Below, one piece after another: positions 10,691 through 21,079 of a stretch of DNA of 41,963 bases. The DNA is from Octopus bimaculoides (Eukaryota): NCBI RefSeq assembly GCF_001194135.2, contig NC_068982.1, positions 159,802,753-159,844,715 of the forward strand, in the 5' to 3' direction. Below the pieces are notes generated by a model. That model saw nothing but the letters and a program-made list of their open reading frames with translations. It had not been told where the DNA came from and searched no databases. Made by a program: the position numbers and the translations under genes. Within the stretch, counting starts at the first letter, position 1; each line of letters starts with the position of its first letter.

Positions 10691-12990
10691 ACATGCACAC
10701 ACACGCGCGCGCGCATATGTATATATATACATACATAGACAGGGAGAGAGAGAGGGCGCGACATAGAAAGATAGATAAATATACGTATATATATATATAT
10801 ATGGTACTGTTAGAAGATAATTTTTATCGCCAACCTAAAGAGGATATAGAATTAGATTACAGAATACTGCGCTATTAACATTGAGAAGAACTCTGAAATG
10901 GAATAGCGGTGCATAAAAAAGAAACACGCCTCTCGTCTATCCTTAATAGACGAGAACTGTCTGGTATATATATATGAACATGTTGTCTGTGAGCGCGTGT
11001 GTGCCTGTGCGTGCTTGTATGCGTGCCTATGTGTGTGCGTGCGCGCGTGTGTGTGTTGTAAGTATATATGTATACAGAGCGCGGTTAAATCTGTTTTAAG
11101 TGGGCTTTCATTTCCTACTGGCCGTAAAATCTACCAGGAAACAGACTATGAAAACACATGTAACATCCTCTCTTATAAACACAAGAAAAATCATAACTCG
11201 GTAGGGCGTGTCTAGAGAGATTCACACAAAAAAGGCTTATTTTTATTTTTAGTTTACGCGATGTCAAACAAGATTGCTTTAACACATCATAGTCTCAAAT
11301 GATACGTCAACACCCACCAAACGAAGTGATTCTAGCCCCCATTTGTCACAGAAGTGTGGCTCTATATTATCAAATATCTCCATAACAAGTTTACCTATTT
11401 ATCGAATCTTCGTAGGAAAAACCAATCAAACTTAATTAATATAATTAAAGATTAAAATTTTATTGACCAGCAACTTTAATATATAATACTTTCAATTTCA
11501 CGCTAAAATTATTGCTTTCATAATCTAAATTATTCATAATCTAAATTATTTGAAGTTGTAATATGATGAGAGTAAACACACTTACTCCAGAAGATTAAAA
11601 TGATGGGCCAGCGTCTATTTATTTCATAAGTACCAATGTGTAGTATAAACCTCGTTATTAATTTAATACCAATATTGGCGAAATTTAAGTATAGTCACGT
11701 AGATAGAAATGCTTTTTCGATAAAATAACGTTCTTCTTAATGTTTTCAATAGTGAATACTTTTGCACTTTATTGTAGTCCGATAACAGTACCCTCCTCAT
11801 TTGGTTTTAATCATTACTCTGAATATCAGGTTAATGACGAGTAATATAACTTATGATACTGCTATAAAATTTCCTTTAAGAATGTGTCAGTGACTGTGAA
11901 TTAAATCGTTTCTACCTAGAGGAAAAATTATATTGCCATTGGCATGGCTTTTCAAGAGCTGCATCTTTTCAAAATGTGAAGGTCTTTCGCATTATATCAG
12001 TGGTATATATATTTTATACAAGAAATATCAGTATTTACAAACGGTAATACAAAGTATTGAAAATATGTTTCATTCTTCATTTCTTATTATTTTTCGGTCT
12101 ATTTTCAAGTTAGCAACAATCAATTTTCTTTTCCACACTCCTGAAACTTCAATACATAAATAAAACATTTCAACACTTAGTTCGAGCTGCAAGCTATTTT
12201 CTTCGAAGCAACTGCATCAATCAAAGGATCTTTTATTGATATTATGGTTCGCCTCAAGTCAAGACTTGAAAAGTGAAACTGTTATCAATACACATGCAAA
12301 TATTTGAAATATAGTTATGTCATGAATTATTAATTAGCAGTTAGCTAAATTTATAGGCATTTAAATATATAAATAAACAAATAAATTAAGTTACAATTAG
12401 TGTATTGATTGTAAAACAAAATAGCCAAATAGAAAAATGATTAACTACATCATCCATCATTTCAAAATTTATTGCCCAATGTGAAAATTTTATAATGTAC
12501 CCTGGTGATAATAATAACATAGCATTAGTATTTCCAGTCAACAATAACTGCACATCAGCAATTAATAAAATGGCATATGACACAGAAAAAAAATTGTCCC
12601 GGCGGTATTATGTAACAATGTACCTTGTTAATTTGGAATAACTCTTTGATTATCTTTGGGTGTTAATCAAATATAAATCAAGAAGTTATGCAATTGTTCT
12701 TATTTTGTGAACAATGGAACATATATACATAAGATTCTACAATTAATAGTATTGTGGGGATCGCTTATTTGTCCGGTTGCATTTTCTTAAATGCCAATGT
12801 TATATTTCTTGTATATTCGTGTATGTGCATCTTATAAATTATCTAATATGATCAGAATCTATGATAGATGTATAATACATTTAATAAAAGCAGCCAGCTC
12901 CAAAAATATTTACAAAAGCTTCCAATCTACCTGTTGAATACCCACAAGTCACAGAAATTTCCGCATGTAAATAAATATTTCCCTACTCAC

Positions 12991-13060
12991 CGAAGCCCAA
13001 TTGATTACTATTAGAAACATTATTATATATGTATATATTTTGTATTGTTTTGTAATCTAT
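12991..13060 (-). other. Candidate 70-nt coding exon of an unidentified host gene
   Basis: Minus strand ttctgtttag|ATAGATTAC...GGCTTCG|gtgagt; one open frame IDYKTIQNIYIYNNVSNSNQLGF; no recognisable homology. Confidence 0.25.
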
Positions 13061-13954
13061 CTAAACAGAAGTTAGCAACATGTGTGATGCGTTACAAAAG
13101 AAAAGGATTAATGTCGTTAAAGTTTGCAATATTTTCCTTATATGAACCATATTAAAGTAGCATAAATTGTAAGTAGTTTACTTTTGGTCGGAATTACAAG
13201 GCGTGTGTCCAGGTATACAAATTCTAGAGTGTTATTATTCCCTTCTTCCAGAAGTGACGGATGAAATGATAACCAGGTTGAATGTTTGTGTTGAGATGAA
13301 AATACATTAGTGGGACATATTTTCTATTTTTGTCCGGTGTATACTTCTGTTTGCCCATGCATATTTGAAGAATTAAAATTTATATAAATTTATTTAACAA
13401 TATTTGTAAAGTCTTAACAAAGTTAGCTTGAAAGTATTCTCTCCAGTAATGCGAAACAGGAACCACAATGTTTGAAGAAATGATATATTTGCTCGTTACT
13501 TACTAATTATTAAAGAAGATACATTGTGCTAAGACAATTGTTAACAATGCATCCCCCACTCAGCAATCGAAAAAAGGAAATTGCCAACCCATGCCCTCAC
13601 AATATAACATGCAGTTGCTAGCAAAATTATTTAACAAGAATTGTCGTAGTTCTACATGTATGGTAGCGAACATAAGTGTGGAAAATATATAACGGAGGCA
13701 TACACATGTTCTTAGTATAAACTATTTTACACGTCTGTAGGACCTAGTGTAAAAAGACATAATTTAAAATTCCAATGAATGTATTTTTGATATACATAAC
13801 TGTATGTGAAATATTTATGTAAATAAAATGATTATGTTTGTGAGAGAAGGAGAGAGAGAGAAAGTGTATGTGCGTATACATATATACAAGAAATGGTTGA
13901 CTGGTGCAATAATATTCATTCACACATAACGTTTTAAATTGTTTTATCAATTTA

Positions 13955-15791
13955 GACTTTTTTTAGGTTTTACAGTTTGAATAATTTTTTTTTAATTCGA
14001 ATATTTTCACTTATTCCATTCTCAAATACATCTAAAACAAAACACATTAATACAATGAAAAATGAGGATAAAATGACGTACCTGCCTACCATAAGCAGAC
14101 AGTTTCATTTTACTCTTTTTAAAGAAAGGTTTACTAACAGTACAATATCCTGTCTTGTATCTGTTGGTTTTCCTTTTTTTAAAAAAAACAATTAACACAA
14201 AGTTACTATTTACACCATATAATCCAATAAATCTTCGAATGACACTACCGGCGGCAACTCATCGAAAAGAAACTCTACTATTGTCACATGTTTCTTTTCC
14301 CCCAAACAATTCCTCCAACCTTTCTCCTCTTTCTTTTTCCAGCAGAACAGCTTTCATACCTTCATTGTATTCTATGGGTGCCAATTTAATTCTAATTACG
14401 TTCTTCATCTTCGCAATATTTTTTTTTCTATCTCTATACTTTTTGTGTGTTGTATCATAGTTCTTATATCTTTCGCTTTTGGTGTCACTCTCTGTTTTCC
14501 TTCACCAATCACTTCTGATATTCCTATCTCTGTATGTCTCTCATTCTTTGTTGCTATCATCTCTCTTTCATTTTCCGTTTTCGTCTGTACTTTCTCCTCC
14601 TTGTTATATGATGGCAACGGTCTCTGCGTTTGCTCGTCGCCTTTGTCACATCTGTTGACATTTCATTTTTTCTCTGCTTGTTCGCTTTTCTTCGTTTTCC
14701 ACTCTGCGTTTCCTCTCCACTTCCCTTTCTTTTCTTCATAGGACATTTTGGTGGTGAGCCCGTGTTACTTTTCTTCCCCTCCACCACTGTATATTGTTCT
14801 TCCATTTTTACTCCTCTACGATTGAACTCTCTTCTTCTTGATGTTCTTTTCTCTATCTCCTCCACTTCGTGTTTCTGGCGACACGTAGCTTTCATGTGTC
14901 CCCTTACTCCATATTTATAGCCTACGGGAGGTCTTCCTTCCACTACATCTCTCAGCGTCGTCTCATCCGGCAACACCAATTCCTCTGCAATTTTATGGAA
15001 GTCTGGTAAACTGATGTTAACCGATACCTCCAGTCCGTATCCCCAGCAGTTCACCTCCGTAGTTCTTGTAATTTTTCAGTATTTTGGTGTCCTCCTCTGT
15101 ATTATAGAGGATGGCTGCCACCAGCCACGCCTCGTCAATTTCTGGATCACCCTACCAATCCTCACTCTGGCCGCACGTTTGCCACAGTAAGTTGGTAGTA
15201 GCACCCACTCAGTTGATCTCAAAGGCAAAGTGGAGTGTTTTATCGCTTCCTCTTCACTCACGAAGCGTACCTCTACTGTGCCATATTTCTTCCCTGTAGT
15301 GTAGTACGTCGCTAGATCTTTGACTTTTCTCAAGGATTCTTCGACCGCCCCACTGCTGCTATTTCCACTCCTTTTGTTGCAATAGACAGCGTTCTGTATA
15401 TTATCGTTTTTCTCTCTGTTTTGTTTTTTCTATAACTTTCTTAGGCGGCGTCAGCCTCGGGCTGTATCCTTCCTTTCTCAAACTTTTATTGAACTTCTTG
15501 AAATTCGTTTCGTTCAATTGAATTTCTCTAAGTTTCAAGACATCCACGGTTATATACTTCCTAGTCACTGCAGTGTAACAGCTTGCTGGTACTGGTTTAC
15601 TTTCCATAATATTATCCACAACTTCACCCATAAATGGGGAAGAAAAATAAAAATCCAAATTCTAAATATTCAGGCAATAATAAGTTCAACAATTCAGTAA
15701 TATAACAATTTAACAATAACAAGACTCACATGGAGCGAACACACATGAACTGCAACAAGGAATCAACTGACTCAACACAACACCAACGTCC
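13955..15791 (-). mobile_element. ORF1-only non-LTR retroelement, copy A (L1/Tx1-like gag ORF1 + short 3' UTR)
   Basis: 5' end GGACG...GAGTCAGT; decayed ORF1 15631->14210; ~255-nt 3' region; colinear with copy B; no RT/EN sequence. Confidence 0.7.
14210..15631 (-). pseudogene. gag-like ORF1 (RRM-like region, CCHC knuckle relic, Lys/Glu-rich tail), frameshifted
   Basis: MGEVVDNIM...; YYTTGKKYGTVEVRF; WVLLPTYCGKR; VEGRPPVGYKYGVRGHMKATC (decayed CX2CX4HX4C); ends ..DELPPVVSFEDLLDYMV*. Confidence 0.8.
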
Positions 15792-17575
15792 TGATTTCTT
15801 TTATTAGGCACAAGGCTTCTTATAAAGATGGGACAAAATAAAGACAGACGAAACAGTACAGACGGGTACACACAACATATGAGAAATGAAATTATGAATA
15901 AATGATAACTGAGAGGAAATGGCTTACCTGCCCCACCCTATTCCAAGCAACAGGCAGTTCCATTTTACTGTTTATGTATCACATAGTTCATTATTCTTTT
16001 TTCCATCATTTTTTAATATGTCGTTATTTTAAAATTTCTTAAATTCCACTTACTTTCTTTATATCAAATATTCCATTATGTCCTCGAATGCCACCACAGG
16101 AGGCAACTCATTAAATCGAAACTGCAACGGTAATATCTCTATCATTTCTCCGAAATGTTCCTTCAAACTTTCACACCTCTCTTTTACAAGCAAAACTGCA
16201 TTAACTCCTTCATTGCACTCCCTGGGTGCCAACTTCACCCCAATTACATTTTTAATTTTCGTTACTTTTTTTTTTTTTTCATTTCTACATTTTTTTTTGT
16301 ACTGTATCATTGTTCTTAATTGTTTTCTTTTCAGTGTTACTTTATGATTTCCACCAATATTCTCTTCTGCTGTTGCTGGTATTTACATCTCTTTTTTCTC
16401 TGCTTGTCTCTCACTCGATGTTCTTATAATTTCTCTTGTATCTTCCTTTTCCCCTGTCCTTTGACTTTCTTTCCGTGTTAATTACTGGTATTGCTCTCTG
16501 TGTTCTCTCCGTTTTTCTCGCTTAATGTTGCCGACATCTCGTTTCTTTTCTGCTCGTTCGCTTTCCCTCCTTTTGGTAACCCTTGTCTCTCCTCTACACT
16601 GGCCTCTGCTCCTCCATGCTTTGCACGTCTACCTCTTCTTGCTGTTCCATCTCCGTTACATTCGCTTCGTGTTTCTGGGGACACTTAGCTTTCATGAGTC
16701 CACTTACCCACATCGAAAACATACAGGCAGTCTTCCTTCCACCACAATTCTTAACCTTGTTTCGTCTGGCGGTATCACTTCTTCCTCAATCTTGTGGAGG
16801 TGTGGCAAGCTTATATGGACCGATACCTCTCGTCCATACCCACAACAGTTCACCGCAGTAGTTCTCGATATTTTTAATATTTTGGTGTCCTTTCTATTGT
16901 AGAGGATGGCTGCCACTAGTCACGCCTCATCAATTTCTGGGAGTACTCTACCCATTCTTTCTCTGGCCGCACGTTTGCCACAGTAAGTCGGTAGTAGTGC
17001 CCACTCAGCTGATTTCAAAGGCACAGTGGAGTATTTTCTCTCTTCTTTTTCACGCACGAAGCGTAACTCCACTGTGCCGTGTTTCCTTCCTCTGGTGTAG
17101 TATGTCGTTACATTCCTAACTTCTCTCATGCATTTCTCGACCGCCTCCATACATGCTATTTCCACTTTTTTCGTTGCGATATTCAACGTTCTGTATACAA
17201 TTCTTTTCTTCTCCGTTTTTTCTATCACTTCCTTGGAAAGCGTCAACCTCAGGCTATCTCCCTCCTTTCTCAATAAATCATCATAGTTTTTGAAGTTTTT
17301 CTCTTTCAATTCAACTTCTCTAACTTGCAGTACCTCTACTGCCAGGCTTCTGCCAGTCACAGCAGCATAACTGCCCGCTTGCACTGGTGTACCTTCCATA
17401 ACAATATTTTTCACAACTTCACCCATGAATGGGGAAGAAACTTTTAAAAAACTGTAACAACAACTTCAACAATTTCAGCTAACAACAATCCAACATTTCA
17501 GTAAATGACAGTTTCAAAATAACAATGCTCACATGGACTGACTCAAATACAACACTAACAACAACAGCGTCGTCC
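15792..17575 (-). mobile_element. ORF1-only non-LTR retroelement, copy B
   Basis: 5' end GGACG...GAGTCAGT, decayed ORF1 17426->16059, ~265-nt 3' UTR ending GCCTAATAAAAGAAATC and abutting the 5' end of copy A. Confidence 0.72.
16059..17426 (-). pseudogene. gag-like ORF1 (RRM-like region, CCHC knuckle relic), frameshifted
   Basis: MGEVVKNIVM..SYAAVT..; YYTRGRKHGTVELRF; WALLPTYCGKR; VEGRLPVCFRCG*..GLMKAKC; ends ..NELPPVVAFEDIMEYLI*. Confidence 0.82.
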
Positions 17576-17893
17576 TCTCAACGATTAGCTAGAGATGAGT
17601 TGATTTTTAAAATGAGAATATCTCGACTGCTCTCACAAATGAGGATACAAAAAATGAACCCGACCGCTCTCAAAAACTAAATAAAAAACAAACAGGAAAA
17701 ATAATCCACAATCCTTGCCCAGTACCGAATCGATCCCGAAATCTAATCAGCTCATGCCAGTCACGAGTCCCGACATCCCCGAAAGTTTCATCTGAATCCA
17801 TCCAGCTGTTCTTGAGATATCTTGTCGACGAACAAACAAGCAATCAAACATGGCTGAAAACAATACCTCCTCCCTCGCTAAGGCGGAAGTAAT
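17571..17893 (+). mobile_element. Interspersed repeat with (ACAA)n and 3' stem-loop; HINE/DINE-1-like non-autonomous Helentron type (tentative)
   Basis: Homologous to 20404-20750; ends TACCTCCTCC-ctcgctaa-GGCGGAAGTA hairpin (17864-17891). Family assignment from architecture only. Confidence 0.45.
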
Positions 17894-18926
17894 AACGAAA
17901 GTATCACAGTTTAATATTAAACGGAACTATCGCAGTTAAATATTAAAAATCCATCAGCCATCATTGTGACATTAGATAATTTAAAAGCTGCATCCAATGC
18001 ATATCATTAAATGTTTCATTAACACGAACAACTCGAATGTCTGTTAACTTCTCAGGTCTATCAGACGTTAGCAGAAGTTAAAAGAAAGAACACAAAATAC
18101 ACGCGACACAAACACCATCTGCAATATTATTGCCTTCTTCATCTAGATTCAACAATGTCCTAAATATAACGAAATTATAAAGCTCAATGGAGTATCTAAA
18201 TCTGTACTACACACGTGTACATGTGTGCCCAGGATCTCTATTCGAGCTTATATTTCCAAAGAAACCTACCACTTAGACATGATTGAACTCATATGCTATT
18301 TGGCATATAACGTGGTAAGCATGAAAATAATAACCCCATAAAACATCTTTCAATGTTCACTCTGAAAAGCACTTCAACATACTTCGTAAAGGAAAAGCAC
18401 TTTCGATTTTAGACTAAGAATACCCCTCGTTCTGCCTTGATAAATGCTTTTATTTGCATGGGGCCTGGAAGTGAAGAATAACTGACATTTCTTTTCAAAC
18501 ATTGTCATTGCCACCAGTAAAAAATATCGATACTTGAAAGTTATTAGTAGAGTAGAAATAGCGAAGTTTTATCCGCTTCAGTACTTTCCATACAGTCTCC
18601 ATCCCTATCACCTGTTTACCCTCTCTCTCTTTCTCTCTCTCTCTCTCATTCTCTCTCCTTATATATATATATATTTATAGATAGATAGAGAGTGAGAGAG
18701 AGAGACAGAGAGTACAAGTAGAAGATCAAAGTATGCAAAATCACACACATCACATTCACCTACATCTATGTATCTATATATAATGAAATACGGTATAATT
18801 AAACAGTAAACTATCAATTAAGATGTCTTCACACATAAATATGTATACATACATTGTGTGTGCGTATGTGTGTGTGTGTGTATGTGTGTGTGTGTGTGTG
18901 CGTGCGTGCGCGTGTGCGTGCGTGCG

Positions 18927-19410
18927 TGGGTGCGCCTTAAGTTCTGCCATCAGTTTAACGCGTTACCTGGACTGCAGTCGGCACGACTAAGAACGAAGTT
19001 TCTCCGAAGGAGCAGCATGTCATCCGTCTCTCCTGATTCTTAATGCTCTCAGAATCACTAGCACGGTACTGCTATCGTGGTAATACGCACAGGAAATATA
19101 ATATCATTACTTATGTGGAGTCCTAGGTCACGCACTGAGTAGCACTTTGGGATTACACTACCTCCTGGTCCTATGTATTCCAATTATAATTTATTTGTGG
19201 GCCAATACTGGAGTACTTGAAATTTCGCAGCATTAAACTGCATGTAATTCGCATCAGTCCAACTGTATGTGGCATTCAGGCTGTTTTGCAGTTTTAATAT
19301 GTCATGAGTCTCCTTGACCGGCTGGGAAATATTTGTATCAGGGGCATATCTCAGAGGGCCACCACAAATATCATGGTTCGCAGTACACTTCCTTGAGGAA
19401 CTGATAGTCT
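18927..19410 (-). mobile_element. LINE (CR1/L2-group) ORF2 fragment, same group as 9240-10690
   Basis: Minus strand: SVPQGSVLRTMIFVVAL*DMP, LQNSLNATYSW...MQFNAAKFQVL, VRDLGLHIS. Confidence 0.8.
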
Positions 19411-19448
19411 AACACACGCACACATGCACACATACACATACACACACG

Positions 19449-19508
<60 letters not shown>

Positions 19509-19627
19509 TATGTGTGTATGTGTGTACCTTCTCGTTTTCTTTTTTTCTCTTAATTTCTCTTGTACCGACATCCTGATTGGCAAATTGGATGTACCATGTG
19601 ATCACACCATGGAGATTGCTTGGAGAG

Positions 19628-19874
19628 CATGCAATCAGTAAAGATCGTGCCTATAAGAATTCGTACGTTGGGAACAGTAAGTAAAGACAGACAAATGGCT
19701 GAAGGTGATTGGAGCTCCTCAAGAAAGTTTGTCTCTTAGGGACTGCAAGGATTATCATGGTGGTTCTAAGTACTTGAAAGACTGTTGAAATCTTGTGGAT
19801 ATATAAGGTTACAGGCAGTAACCCGCTAACCACATGATTCCTGCCAGGAATAAGGACGAACCTGAATCAAACCA

Positions 19875-19905
<31 letters not shown>
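19628..19905 (+). mobile_element. Dong/R4-type (RLE) LINE 3' end fragment with (AAT)n tail
   Basis: Decayed VK(I)VPI..GTLGTVSK...LLGTARII..VLST motif; homologous to 24775-25075. Confidence 0.78.
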
Positions 19906-19908
<3 letters not shown>

Positions 19909-20168
19909 GATTATGGAGATTTGTCTGCATACTTTTTTGTTATTAATAATGATATTTACATCATGGAGATTGCTTGGAGAGAAAGATAAGGCGTATTTTC
20001 TTAAAACTTGTCTAGACCCGCTTTGGCAAAGCAATAAATTATTAGTATCTCGTATCTATATACCGTATATATTAAATGAATTCACACACACACAGGTAAG
20101 AACACGCACATGAAAACACACACACATACATATACATGTAAGTTTGTATGTATGTATATGAGTGTGTG

Positions 20169-20198
20169 TAGATAGATAGATAGATAGATAGATAGACT

Positions 20199-20240
<42 letters not shown>

Positions 20241-20241
20241 G

Positions 20242-20296
<55 letters not shown>
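20169..20296. repeat. (GATA)n microsatellite
   Basis: Direct reading. Confidence 0.97.
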
Positions 20297-20403
20297 CAGT
20301 TGTTGCTAACATAGAATAATAATAAGATCAGTGCAGAGAAATGTTGCTTAATATATTAAATTCCACAACGTCTGTTTAGTGCAAATGAACATTCGTGGAA
20401 TTA

Positions 20404-20750
20404 AATAAAGCAAGATCACTGAGAGAGCACAAATCTCCGCCAAAGCAATACCAACGTCCTCTCGAAGATTGGCCAGGGATGATTTTTGAATTAAGAATAT
20501 CTGAAATAAACTCAACAGCTCTCACAAACGAGAATACTAAAAATGAACCCGATCCCTCTCAAAAATTAAGTAAAAAAAAAAACAGAATCCTTGTCCGGTA
20601 CTGGATCGATCTCAAAATCCAATCAGCTCGTACCAGTCACAAGGCTAAATATACCTGAAAGTTTCATCCGAATTCATCTATCAGTTCTTGAGATATTTTT
20701 GCCCACGGACAAACAAGCAAACAAACAAACACGACTGAAAACCCCCGCCT
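20404..20750 (+). mobile_element. Second copy of the HINE-like interspersed repeat
   Basis: Shares ctctcacaaa.gag.atac.aaaaatgaacccga, aatcagctc.t.ccagtcac, gaaagtttcatc, gttcttgagatat and (ACAA)n with 17571-17893. Confidence 0.55.
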
Positions 20751-21079
20751 TTTATACCAACATACGTTACAATGTTTACATTATTATATTTCAAGACTTT
20801 CTGTTTATCTCTTGGGCATGTTCGTGCTTCTATAAATCATTTAATTTACAAGTTCCGTATGTACTTTATACATATTGTAGAAGATATATTTGTTAGAAGG
20901 CAGGTGATTCTTTACTCTTACTAGATATAGCTTGCATCAATTGTAGCTGTTCTGACACATCGCGATACATGATTCATAATTCGAAAACACCGTTTGTAGA
21001 TTCTCATTGGCTGAGGGGGAGAGAGGTGATTGATTGCAATGCAGTGTAGCTAATTATGCTGATTCCAGTATTTTATCTT

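Noticed and set aside
14155-16902. Hydrophobic Phe/Leu/Ser-rich plus-strand ORFs
   Set aside because: Antisense shadows of the Lys/Glu/Arg-rich ORF1 on the minus strand.
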